Both the position numbers and the translations under genes were made by a program. Of a stretch of 64,000 nucleotides of DNA, positions 25,888 through 38,359 are shown one piece after another. Source of the stretch: Mobula hypostoma (taxonomy: Eukaryota); NCBI RefSeq assembly GCF_963921235.1, contig NC_086097.1, positions 16,678,001 through 16,742,000 of the forward strand. The letters run 5' to 3'. The notes below the pieces were generated by a model. That model worked only from the letters and a program-made list of their open reading frames with translations, was not told the origin of the DNA and did no database searches. Numbering within the stretch: the first letter of the stretch is position 1; every line of letters starts with the position of its first letter.

Positions 25888-26862
25888 GTAATGCTTATTT
25901 TTTTTACTCTTTTCGACTGAATGTTGAATTTTAATTTAACATTAAAAGAAGCAGTATTAGGATTGGGGCGAACTGCTTCAGTAAAGAACCAGCACAGGGA
26001 CGGTGGGTCAAATGCATGCCCGCCGTCACCATTGACGGACTGTGTTACTGTATTTAAAAAAAACTGTTAAGAGCGCAGTAGATCACCGAAGAAGGACGTT
26101 GTTGTAAAAATATACACAGATGTGCCAAATAGGTTTTACTTTCTAGCTTCCATATGTTATGAAATGCAGTGTGTTTAGAACAACAAACAGGCTTGTCTGA
26201 TAACGGGTGCAAGAGAAAACAAATTCTTTGTCAGTGTTATAAATTATTAATGATCCCCTTTTTCAGTGCATTGGTAATTCGTTTTATTTTACGATCCCAT
26301 TTGTTCATTAATGTCAGATTGAAAGTGGAAAGCTGTATAAAGATACAAGCTATGAACAGAACATTTGTAATTATGCCCCCTCAATAATGAATTAACAGGC
26401 ACTAACATTTTAAAAAAATGTTTTCAGAGCTTTAAGTTGGCAAATTTTTATTTTCTATCCTTTGCTTAAAACACCCTTTTGCCAAGTTGCTATTTCCATG
26501 ACGGACTTAATTTGCAACATACAAAGAATAGTTTTGAGCTCTGATCACAGGTACACAATGACCTTGAATAAAAGTGTGAAACAATTTTAATTTATAAATA
26601 TCGAAGACAGGAAAAAAAACACTTAACCTATTAGTTGATGCTGGGTTTAGATGCATGACCAAAAGGTAAATTCAACAGGACAAAATAATTCTCCATTCAT
26701 TCCTCTTTCTGCATTTAGTGCATAGAACAGTGAGTGCTAACCTTTCTATTTATATATATATATAAAAAAAATCAAAAGCCTGATCTCAATGCTGTAGGGT
26801 TTTGTGGAGACATAATCAAGTCAGGTTTTGCTCTGCATCATAAAGCAACTTGGTAGCTGGAA

Positions 26863-27087
26863 CATGAGAAAATCTGCAGTTGCTGGAAATCCAAAGCAAC
26901 ATACACAAAATGCTGGAGGAACTCAGCAGGTCAGGCAGCTTCTGTGGAAGTAAATAGTCAATATTTCAGGCCGAGACACTTCATCAGGACCTGAAGAAGA
27001 GTCTCGCCCCAAAACATCGACTGTGTACTTTTTTCTATAGATGCTCCCTGCACGGCTAAGTTTCTCCAGCATATTGTGTGTGTTGCT
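26863..27087. mobile_element. Older PLE inverted pair with degenerate hammerheads
   Basis: Minus GTCCTGATGAAGTGTCTCGGCCTGAAATATTGACT abutting plus CCTGAAGAAGAGTCTCGCCCCAAAACATCGACT; degraded flanking repeat TTGG(TA/CG)G(C/T)TGGAA. Confidence 0.75.
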
Positions 27088-27459
27088 TTGGCGGTTGGAA
27101 GTTGTTACAGGAATTAGTTCAATCTTTTTTGTGGCCCACTAACTGTAACGTATAAACTTAATCTTGCAGATTCCTTTTACTGAAGATGCAGATTATTTAC
27201 ATTACTAGCAGAGCAGAACTATGCCTTTTCGTATTCTCATTTTCTCAAAGTATGAATTTCCTCCCAGAAATAACAATTTGAACAATGAAATTAATGGATA
27301 ATTGTATGTGGCTTTGGCAGTGGATTGTTTTCAAATGAAACATGCAAATGTTGATATAAGTTTACTGCAAACACAGCAGAATTTTGATAATCCCAATGCT
27401 TATACTGCATTCTGAAACCTGTGATTCATTATTCATGACATGCTCATTCACGGAGCCAG

Positions 27460-27598
27460 ACGGACAGGTGTATTTTGATTTTCCTGCTCTTTTCATTTTG
27501 GGTGCTGGCCTGGCAACTGAGGTGGAAGAATCTTGGAGAGAAACTGATTGAAAAGTGGTTCAATGCTAACAATCTTAAATGCAAGATCTTATTTGAAG
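27460..27598 (+). pseudogene. AREL1: Relic/open exon A of the ancestral AREL1 N-terminal extension (TDRCILIFLLFSFWVLAWQLRWKNLGEKLIEKWFNANNLKCKILFE)
   Basis: 46 open codons starting ACG, strong G|GTAAGT donor, phase 1 joins (G)AT of 45143; resembles the N-terminus of long fish AREL1 proteins as recalled (unverified). Confidence 0.72.
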
Positions 27599-28259
27599 GT
27601 AAGTCATTGTTCTTAGTTATACTGCAATAAGGGAAAAACTGTACATGCTGGGAATTGGAGATAAGAATGGAAATGCTGAAAACAATCAGCAAGGAAAAGC
27701 TTAGTTAACATTTCTAGTTGATGACCTTCCATCAGTCCTGAGACGTTAATTCTGAGATTTTTTTTGGCGTTCTGAGAGGACTGAGGTGAGGAGAGATTTC
27801 TCAAGATTTATAAGCCATTTTTTAAACCAATGTCCATGGTTGAGATTTATAATTTCAGGATTTAAGGCAATGAAATGGATGAAGCAAAGGATCAATTGTT
27901 ATTGACTGGCTGAGCATGCACCTGGAGCCATGTGTCCTGCATCTGCTTTTGTTCTTTGTGCTTTTTTTCCCCCGACAGACCCTATCCAATTAAGAGTGTG
28001 AGCATTAATTAGACCTTAAGATATGGGAGCAGAATTGGGCCGTTCAGCCCATCAAGTCTGCTCTGCCATTCCATCATGCCTCTCAACCCCGTCAGACAGA
28101 GCCATCAGACAGTCTTCATTTGTTAATCCTTTCATTCCTGGGGTCATTCTTGTGAACATCCCCTGGGCTCTCTCCAATGCCAGCACATCTTTCCCTGGAA
28201 CACACATCAAAGTTGCTGGTGAACGCAGCAGGCCAGGCAGCATCTCTAGGAAGAGGTGC

Positions 28260-28295
28260 AGTCGACGTTTCAGGCCGAGACCCTTCGTCAGGACT
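28260..28295 (-). ncRNA. Minimal type I hammerhead ribozyme motif (PLE-associated)
   Basis: Minus strand AGTC-CTGACGA-AGG gtctcgg CCT-GAAA-CGTC-GACT: intact core, stems I/II, palindromic ACGT stem III, GUC cleavage triplet. Confidence 0.85.
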
Positions 28296-28326
28296 AAGGG
28301 ATCCCTTACTCACTCTTCCTTCAGTT

Positions 28327-28362
28327 AGTCCTGACGAAGGGTCTCAGCCTGAAACGTCGACT
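28327..28362 (+). ncRNA. Minimal type I hammerhead ribozyme motif (PLE-associated)
   Basis: AGTC-CTGACGA-AGG gtctcag CCT-GAAA-CGTC-GACT. Confidence 0.85.
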
Positions 28363-28535
28363 GCACCTCTTCCTAGAGATGCTGCCTGGCCTGCTGTGTT
28401 CACCAGCAACTTTGATGTGTGTTGCTTGAATTTCCAGCATCTGCAGAATTCCTGTTGTTTACATCTTTCCTTGGATAAGGCGCCCCAATACAAAACTGCT
28501 CACATTATTGCAAGTGCAATCCGACCAATGCCTTA

Positions 28536-29500
28536 TAGAAACATAGAAAATAGGTGCAGGGGTAGGCCATTCGGCCCTTTGAGCCTGCACCGCCATTCAG
28601 TATGATCATCCAACTCAGAACCCTGTATCTGCCTTCTCTCCATACCCCCTGATCCCTTTAGTCACAAGGGCCATATCTAACTCCCTCTTAAATATAGCCA
28701 ATGAACTGGTCTCAATTGTTTCCTGTGGCAGAGAATTCCACAGATTCACCACTCTCTGTGTGAAAAAGTTTTTCCTCATCTCGGTCCTAAAAGGCTTCCC
28801 CTTTATCCTTAAACTGTGACCCCTCATTCTGGACTTCCCCAACATCGGGATCAATCTTCCTGCATCTAGCCTGTCCAATCCCTTTAGAATTTTATATGTT
28901 TCAACAAGATCCCCCCTCAATCTTCTAAATTTCAGAGAGTATAAGCCTAGTCGATCCAGTCTTTCATCATTTGAAAGTCCTTCCAACCCAGGAATCAATC
29001 TGGTGAACCTCCTTTGTACTCCCTCTATGGCAAGCATGTCTTTCCTCAGATTAGGGGACCAAAACTGCACACAGTACTCCAGGTGTGGTCTCACCAAGGC
29101 CTTGTACAACTGCAGTAGTACCTCCCTGCTCCTGTACTCGAATCCTCTTGCTATGAATGCCAGCATACCATTTGCCTTTTTCATGGCCTGCTGTACCTGC
29201 ACGCCCACTTTCAACGACTGGTGTACAATGACACCCAGGTCTTGTTGCACCTTCCCTTTTCCTGATCGGCCACCATTCAGATCATCTGTTTTCCTGTTTT
29301 TGCCACTAAAGTGGATAACCTCACATTTATCCACATTAAATTGCATCTGCCATGAACTTGCCCACTCACCTAACCTATCCAAGGCATCCTGCATCCTCTT
29401 AGCATCCTCCTTACAGCTAACACTGCCGCCCAGCTTCGTGTCATCCGCAAACTTGGAGATGCTGCCTTTAATTCCCTCGTCTAAGTCATTAATATATATT
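28536..29500 (-). mobile_element. Young CR1 LINE 3' fragment with open ORF2 C-terminus
   Basis: ISKFADDTKLGG upstream of the 259-aa ORF 28615..29394 (WQMQFNVDKC, LVRPHLEYCVQFWSP, RLRGDL, FFTQRVVNLWNSLP); TTTCTATG tail. Confidence 0.93.
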
Positions 29501-30304
29501 ATAAAGCTTCAGCATTGCATCCTCACTTTTCAAAGGTTAAAAGGTTAATTTATTATCAAAACATGTATCCATATACAACTCTGAAATTTGTCTTCTCCAG
29601 ATAGTCATGAAACAAGAACATGAAAGTCATTCAGAGAGAAGCATCAAATCCACCTGCCCCCCCCACATAAAAAAGAATGGCACCCCAATCATCAGCCTCT
29701 AAGACCTACCTCCCCCCGCACAAAACGGAACATGAATATTAACCTTCCCAATAAACAGCCCCTCCTCCACACAAAAGAACTAACAGGACACAACAGAACA
29801 TCAACGCTCAAACACTTCCCCTCGCACAATAAAACTGAAAAGGAATGGGTGACAAAAAAAAAGTATAAAAGCAATCAATCTGATAAATTCCGCAGTCCAT
29901 AACACAATAGTCCAATTCATAAATGCAGAACAACAATACCATCCTCCGATATCACTGGCATTTATCGAAAGAGAGGGACACCACACGAGGCAGAGAGGCC
30001 TACCCGCCTGCTACAGCAAGCTGCACAGCGATAAGCCGCTCACAGACCCCTCCATGGTAGTGATCAAAAGGAAGGCAGTCGGTGTTGAACTCTCACTTGC
30101 CATCCCCATTCACCCTGATGTCTTAATCTTCCTTGACACTTTAACCAGTAATAATGGGCGCTTTAACCAGTGAAATAGTCAAACATTGGCTTGCACTCAT
30201 CTCAAAGTTTCTTCGCATTAAGCATCAGGGTACGCACTTGCTTCCAGGAACCCTCTGGGAGACATTTAAGGTGAAAAACAGATGGAAAATAAGAAAAAAA
30301 ATTG

Positions 30305-31690
30305 TATTCTAGTCCTCATGAAATGAATGCTAACATTGTATTTGTCTTCCAACTCAACCCCAAGTTGACCTTTAGGAAATCCTGCATGAGGACTGCCAAC
30401 TCCCTCTTCTCCCCATCTACAAAATAGTCGACACCTTTATTCTTTCTGCCAAAGTGCTTGCCTATGCACTTCCCTACATTATATTCCATCTGCTACTTTG
30501 CCCAGTCCCAATATGGCTAATTCCTTCTGTAGGCATCCTGCATCCTCAATACTACCTGCCCTTCCAACTATCTTCGTACCGCCTGCAAACTTGCCCACAA
30601 AGTCATCGATTCCTTCATCCAAATCATTGGCATATAATGCAAAACGAAGTGGTCCCAACACCGACGCCTGCGGTACATCACTAATCACAGGCAGCCAACC
30701 AGATAAGCCTCCCTTTATTCCCACTCTTTACCTCCTGCCACTTAGACAATCTTCTGTCCATTCTAGTACCTTTCCCGTAATACTGTGGGCCTTTGTTAAG
30801 CAGCTTCATGTGCGACACCTTGTCAAAGGCCTTCTGAAAATCCAAGTGCACAACATCCACTGATTCTCCTTTGTCTATCCTGCTTGTTATTTCTTCAAAG
30901 AATTCCAACAGATTTGTCAAGCAAGATTTCCCCTTAAGGAAACCATGTTGACTTTGGCCTATTTTATCATGTTCGTCCACCCTGAAACCTCATCCTTAAT
31001 GCTTAGAATGCAGTGTACTCGATCCAAAACATTCTTGGCCCTGGCACCTGGGAGAAAACATATCATCCGGATGTCTCTTTCATGTCCACCAGATCTGCTT
31101 TCTGCTCCTTTATTTATGGAATTCCCTATCTCTACTGCACTCCTCTTCTCCCCCTTCCCTTTTGAGCCACAGACTTGGGTCCTGTGGCATCTCCCTGGTC
31201 GGTTGTTCTCCTTCCCCCAACAGTATCCAAAGCGATATACTTATTATTGAGGGGAACAGCCACAGGGGTACTCTGCACTGTCTATTCCCTTTCTCTCTTC
31301 TGACAGTCATCCAGGGATTTGCTTCCTGCAGCTTAGGGGTGACTACCTTCTTGTAGCTCCTATCTATCAACTCCTCATTTTTCTGCAGTTCAGTGCTCTT
31401 TGTGCAGACACAGTTGTTAGGGAAACTTGGAAGTCTCCCAGAGATCCCATACCTCACACTAAGAACATGGTTCTACCTCCAGATCCATTCTCAGTGCACT
31501 TGCTCTGTATTGACAGAAAAAAAACTTACTAGAAACTTGGAGCTTCAACCTGTTCTCTCCCAAGCCTGCTGAGCCAAAGCCAGACCACTCTAATAATGCC
31601 AGCCTCACACAATGGCTGTTCCACTTGCACCTTTTTTTATTGAGCAGGAGTAACATCCAGAAAATACTGCTTTTTATATGAAACAATGAG
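30305..31690 (-). mobile_element. Fragmented CR1 (ORF1 and RT pieces)
   Basis: SQHGFLKGKSCLTNLLEFFE..LDFQKAFDKV; VPQASVLGP..KFAGGTK; WMTVRR ORF1-like piece. Confidence 0.85.
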
Positions 31691-32529
31691 TTTACTATAT
31701 GGTTATCAATAATTATCTATGGCACTTCTAAAATAGGATTTGAATACTGCAAAACATTTTCAGTTTTGACACTGAATCTAAATTCAAAATGCCATTGGAA
31801 CATTTCAAAGACTGATATTGAGAACTTGATAATCTCAGATGTTTAGTCCAGTGTCTAGAGCTGGTGTGAACCCCTGTATGAAGTTTGTTTGACAGCTTAG
31901 TGAAATATCTTCTGGCAACTTGTATTTTTCTTTTTTGGGTTTGATGTCTACCACCATCTTATCAAGGCATGTTGTCATGCTGACAGTTTGCTTTCTTGAA
32001 ATTGAAGTGACTCCAGAAACATACCATTTTGACACAGGTGGTTGGACTTGGACCTCAATGGGTCACAGTTGTGTATAACTATCTTGTAGCTTAACATCAG
32101 AATGTTGCTCCTGACAGAAGTGAGATCAAGATTTGTGTATTGTTTGTAGCACTTAGTGTTAATAGAGCTGGGATCATGAATCAGACAAAGCTCCTGTAGT
32201 TTATCCATGCCCAAATTTCTTTACAAATTCAGCTTTGGCATTGTGACTGTAGTTATTAATAAAACTACAATAACAATTCAAGTTTCTTTTTGGATTTATC
32301 AAATACTAAAGGGCTTAGCTTTAAGGTAGAGGGGGAAAGTTTAAAGGACATTTACGAGGCAAGTTTTTTGACACAAACTGGGAGGTGCTGCCAGGGAAGT
32401 AGCATGATAGCAACTTTTAAGAGGCATCTAGTCAGGCAAGTTACCAGGCAGGAAATGGAGGGATAAGGGCCTGTGCAGACAGATGGTATTAGAACGTAAA
32501 CAACAGGAGTATAGGAGTGGAACCAGGCG

Positions 32530-32967
32530 TGGTCATCTGCTGCTGTTACCCACCCACTTCAAGGTTCACTGTGTTGTACATTCAGAAATGCTCTTCTGCA
32601 CATCACTGTCATAACGTGTATTTGAGTTACTGTCAACTTTAACCAGTCTGGGCATTCTCCTCTGACCACTCTCAATAGCAAGGTGTTTCTTGTTTTTCAT
32701 ACCCTTCTCTGTAACCCTGCAGACTGTTGTGTGTGAAAATCCCAGAAATTAGCAGCTTCTGAGATATTCTGTCTGGCACTGATAATCATTCCACAGTCGA
32801 AGTCATTTGGATCACATTTTCTCCCCATTCTGATGTTTGGTCTGAACAACAACTTGAACACATCTGCATGCTTTTATGCATTGTGTTTCTGCCACATGAT
32901 TGGCTGATTTGGTATTTGCATTGACAAGCGAGTATTCTGGTATACCTAATAAAGTAGCCACTGAGTG
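32530..32967 (-). mobile_element. Tc1-like relic (same family as 262-1655)
   Basis: End CCTAATAAAGTAGCCACTGAGTG|TA; decayed transposase N-terminus. Confidence 0.68.
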
Positions 32968-33038
32968 TATGTTGTAAAATTTGTTGCCAAAAAGACCAAA
33001 GTGCTTGTTCCTGTTCTGCACTGTTCTATGTTCTTTGT

Positions 33039-33343
33039 ATAGGCATCCATTAGTCTCATGAGACCATCGATTTGCACCTTGGAAGGTTTCCAGGGTGTAG
33101 GGCTGGGCAAGGTTGTATGGAAGACTGGCAGTTGCCCATGCTGCAAGTCTCCTCTGTCCATGCCATCGATGTTATCCAAGGGAAGGGCACTGGGGCCAAT
33201 ACAGCTTGGCATTGGTATCATCGCAGAGCACTGTGTGGTTAAGTGCCTTGCTCAAGGACACAACACGCTGCCTCAGCTGAGGCTCAAACTGGCAACCTTC
33301 AGATCACTAGACCAAGGCCTTAACCACTTGGCTATGCGCCAAC
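33039..33343 (-). mobile_element. tRNA-derived CORE-like SINE (same family as 2092-2403)
   Basis: End-to-end similarity to 2092-2403. Confidence 0.85.
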
Positions 33344-36300
33344 GTGATTGGCTGATTTGTATACGTTCTTTTTATACGTAGTTCCAAATGTTTAAATTTC
33401 TTTTTTTGGGATTTCTTCACTGCTGAGATTAACAGTTCCTCAACATTTAAATTCAATATCTTGATATTATTATTGTGGGTTATTGACGTTATCCTGATAA
33501 ACAGCTGAATTTCTAAATATAGTACTGCTGTGAGAGAAGGTGAGAAGCCAGAAAATGGAGTTGATTGCAAGAAGACAAAGGCTGGCTGAATGGGTAGATA
33601 AATGGCAGATGAAATTTCATATAGGAAAGTGTGAAGTGATGCACTTTGGCAGAAAGAGCAAGAGGATGAGTTTATTGTGATATGCAGGTGCATTGAAAAA
33701 ACTTGCAGCAGCATCACAGGCACACAGCATTAGATTCAAGATTCAAAATACATTTAATGTCAAAGCATGTATAAATTATACAATCTTGAGATTTGTCTGC
33801 TTACAGGCAGCTACAAATCAAGAAACCGGAAAGAACCCAATTTTAAAAATAAGACCAACACCCAATGTACAGAGAAACAGAAAATAAAACGCAAATCATA
33901 CGAACAGTGGAAGTGAGCAACAGCAATCGGAACCAAAATCCTTAGATCTGAATACCTGGAGTAGGCCCAAAGTCTCAATTTCAGTTCTTCATATTTGCGG
34001 GGCAGATCACCACGAAGCTCACAGACATGAAGCCCGGCGGCCAGCGCTGTCTCACAGCCTCAGTGCAAAATTGGCATGCCTCTGGTCCTGACACCCTGCC
34101 TTTCCAGTCTATCTGAGCCAGTGTTTAAATTGTCCAAACAGCGGATCATACCTTACATTGGGATCCAGGCCCTGTTGCAGCAAAACGCTCTGGGCCAAGA
34201 CTACACCATTCTTAACTTCTCCAAGCCACTCGGTGCTTAGTGTGATCCAACCTTGCACCTGGGTTAGCTGGATGGGCATCGAAATTCCTTTGCCTCAACT
34301 CCTCCTCTCTGAAGTGCGCACTCCAGCTCCATCTGCATCAATTTTGCAACGCACCCCTTTTCTCCTCCCTCAAATTCACTTCACCTTTACTGGCTTTTTC
34401 ATTGTTTGCAGAAATGGTTTACCATAATTTACCTCTGAAAAGATATTATTAATAATGTTTTAGTCAAATTTCTTGCCTTCGAAGTGCTGGTAAGCTGTTG
34501 CTGTCCTCCAGTAGTGTTATCTTAAGCCGAAAATCAGACAGAGACACAACATTAACAAGAAAACATGAAGTAAACATAAATTATGTAAGAAAGCATGCAT
34601 TTTGAACGAAAAATTAACAAAAAGTAATTGTTCTAAAGGATGTTCAAGATCAGAGGGACTTGTCTTTGAAAATGACAGGGCAAGTTAAGAGAAAGGTAGT
34701 AAAGTATATGAGACCCTGGGATTCATACCTAAAGGCTTAAAGAACAAAAAAGTAGTAGAGTTACATGGTGAGCAGAGATTACATCTGGAGAGTTGTATCC
34801 AGTTTTTGGATCCTTAAATTTAGAAGGATGTAAAGATCTGAGCATCCAGAAAAGATTGACTGGAATGATTCAAGGAAAGAAAGATTTCAACAATTGGGTC
34901 TAATAAAATCAGTGTTGAATTAAGGAAGGTTGAGAGAGGTGTTGAAAGAGATGCACTTAACCATGACTGGTTTAGATGGGGTTAATAAAGAGAAACACAT
35001 TTTAAAAATTGAATGAATGATAAAGGTGGATGTGAGGAATAGAGTTTTTATTTACAGGCTAATCGTGATCTGAAACTCTGCCTGCTGAATTGCTGTAAAC
35101 AGAATCAATCAAGAGTAATGAATAAATACTCAAGAAAGAGTAATTTGCAGGAAGTAGAAGCACAGGTATTCTGGATTTGTCTCCTAGTAGCTGGCATAGG
35201 CTTGAATGCTTCAATGAATTGGTTTATCTTGATGTGTTATCATTTTTTAAAATACAGAAATAGACTTTTGAGCAATCTTGATAGAGAGAGATCATTGTTG
35301 CTGTTTGCTGTAGTAAGAGAAGTGATTGTGCAATAAAACTATTTTTGTCTTCTGCATCTCCATTGTTAAAATTAATATTTTCATTTTTCTGCTGTTCATG
35401 GCTGATCTGTAGATAAGCTGTGTTCACCAACACAAAAGATACAGGTGCTGGATATCTTGAGCAACAATCACAAAATGATGGGGGATTGGGGGATTTCAGC
35501 AGTTCTGACATAGCTTCAGGAGCATTGGAGGGAAGGTTTCACTGCCACTTGGATGAAAAAAAGGTTCCTAATACTGTCCTTAAAACCTCAGCTCCAATTT
35601 TCATATTTCTTTTGTCATGACAAATAGATCACACTTTATCCTTTGATAGCCCAGGGATATAAACTACCATCATGCTGTCTGTTCTTGCAATCTATTCCAT
35701 TATTATGATGGTAAAATTACATTCAGTACTCTGTCTAAGTCAGTTTTGTCTTCCTGAGGTGCAGCACAGAAATGAAAGTTCTGTTTCAGATAGGATCTAA
35801 CCAGAATTTAATGTAACCCTTCTAGTAAGGGGAAATAAATTCTCAGAAAGAGGGCTGAATATCAAATGAAATATGTAGACAAAGAAAAAGAATAAGATTA
35901 ATGCTCCAGAATTGAATGTAAAATCTAAAAGTAGTCAAATCAAAATTGACTGGGGGTGGGGAGGGAGAAACTTGGTTCATTCCTTGACAGAGATGAAATG
36001 TCACTGGTGAGGGTATCTTCTGTGTGGACCCAGAATTCCTGTACCTTTGCCATTGGGAACAATGCTTTAAGCTGCCCAGTTATCAGGTTCTGTAATTCCT
36101 ATCCCTATGCCTTTCAGCTTTATCTTAATATTCTTTTGAACCAACTCTACTGCATGCTTAGTATCATCATTTTTGCTTTGTTTACTTTTGTGCAGTGCCA
36201 TGGAAACATATTAATATATTAAAATTCAAAATGAAACAAAAGTTCCTCATTCAGTTTAAATTTCTGCTGCTCTATTCATTATCGGTACCTTATGCAGTTC

Positions 36301-38359
36301 AGAGTTTTTTGAGGCATCTGAATATTATTACTGCAGCAGATTACATCCCAGATAAATTTAATCTGCTACACTTCCAGTATCTGTTGGCTATGGGAGATAC
36401 TAAAATGTGGTTGTGAGTGAGACACTGTCACTCCCATTGGGTGATTATAAAGTGTTTAAGAATGCAATTTCTCATTTGAAAAGTAAGGTCAAAGAAAGCG
36501 TTTTAATTTTGTAGTGGTTCTGGTCAGTTAATGGAAAGTGAGCAGTGTACCTTGGGATAGGTGCAGTGGCAGTTTTCCAAGGTCACTAGTGATGCAACTA
36601 AGAGACGAAGGCAGGCAGCCAAGTTTTATCAGGCAACCAGCTGTGGCCATTTTAGTTGACTGGCAGGAATCCATCGTAGCATTTGGTGGATATACCACAA
36701 TACATTTTGTTTTACTACTTCAGAGATGCCCCTGGCTTCTGCTTGCCTGAATTTTGAAAACTCATTTGAGTTCGAAAGAATGTACAGGTAGCTTGTCGTG
36801 ATACAGTTGATAGCACTTGACGCATGCATGTTTTTCTCGAGAAAAATGAAATTGTTCAATAGATTTACATCTTTTGTTTGACTCTGTGTCACCAGCTTCT
36901 TATAGATAAATTACAGAATAGAATGTGCTGTCCTAATTGTCTATGGGTGATCTACGAAACAGGGTTAAGCTGCAGGCTGTTGGAAAGCTGCAGCTATATT
37001 GTGCTCACAATTATAAAAATGATAGTAGTAAGATGATAAGCTTTTTACTTCTTTCAAAGTGTCCTTTAATAAAGAAAATGATCTTGCATTAATATAGTTT
37101 TTTCCGTATTGTTTTCAGGAAATACTTTCAGCCAATGAAGTACTTTTAAGTGCCCAGTTACCCCACTTAGCTCTGCTCCTCAAAGTGCTGATTCATTATG
37201 GCATATTTAGTCCCAGGGTCCAAAAGCTCATGAGCACATGCCATTTTGAAGACGTGCACAGTTTGAGCACTATGCATGGCTGTACCAGGAATCTGGCTTG
37301 AATCACTGCTGTAACTTCTGGCTGTTGAGCTTATTATCAGAGAGGAACCTCTGGGGTGTGGGGAGCTGTGCAAAAAATTAGGAGAGCTGAACCTACTAGA
37401 TGGTGTTACATCCAAAAGGTGATGAGAGAGATTGTGGGATCTGGGCAATTTGTTATACCAGTCATTTTTAAGTCCCCAGGAAAGGTCTGTGTTCACCCTA
37501 CCAGCATTCTAAACCCTGCATCTCAGTGGCACAGCCTGCCACTGGCTCCCATTCAGCTTGCACCATCTCTCATAGACAGTTCTTCATGTGTGGGGTAATG
37601 AGATCCTTATTTCATAACTGTAGAAGCACTTGTGGGGGTGGGCAGGGTTTAACATCAGACTCCTTGCACAGCCTTGCTAAAGACATTAGGCTCCTGGGAA
37701 AGTGTCCTGAGAGTAAGGTGTAGTCGTTGATGCAAAGTAGAAAGTGTTTTGTTGTTTATAGTCGTTCTGTGATTATTCGCGGGAACTGTTGTGATGTTCT
37801 TTTTATCCGATTTCTTTTAGTTTTGAAGGCAATGTATGAAGAAGAGGAGGATCAGCTTTTCAAGTGTTCTTCTCATTTGTGTCACAATTGGCTGCTGGGA
37901 ATTTGGAGTCCACCTTCATTCGGAGTTGTCATTAGTCTTATTTTAGCAGCATTTAATAATTCAGATATCATGTAAACAAAGAAGCTCTGAAAAAAGTACA
38001 GTAAACTAGTCCTGCATTAAGGATCCATTTAATAATTAATAATTCTGCACAATCTAGTTGATATCTCCTAGAAATATTTTTCTTTACTAACTATCCGCCA
38101 TGAGATGTTTCTTAATATTTAAAAACGCAGATACTAAATGCATGAATATTCCTTCATGGATGAAAAAGATATGGGAATTGTGAGCTGTCTCCAGTGCACC
38201 ATTGGTGTGTTGGTTGTTAACATAAACTAAGCGATTTACTGTGTATGCTTTGATGTACATGTGATAAATAATCTTGAATCTTGCTTGGATAGGCAATAGT
38301 TACAAAAAAACTCCTACCTGAGCAACCACAAAAATCAAACTTGACTCATCAATTTGAGA

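Larger units (their letters stand above)
28200..28460. mobile_element. Penelope-like (PLE) inverted pLTR pair inserted in a CR1 fragment
   Basis: Arms are reverse complements; TSD ACATCTTTCC(C/T)TGGA at 28185-28199 and 28461-28475; same sequence family as the GIY-YIG-linked copy at 47850-48770. Confidence 0.88.
28010..28535 (-). mobile_element. Older CR1 3' fragment (host of the PLE at 28200-28460)
   Basis: DVLALERAQGMFTRM.PG; continues across the PLE TSD. Confidence 0.7.

Noticed and set aside
28177..28605. Recurrent peptide 'LLVNAAGQAASLGRGAVDVSGRDPSSG / PDEGSRPETSTAPLPRDAAWPA' in several ORFs
   Set aside because: Translations of the non-coding PLE pLTR and hammerhead on both strands
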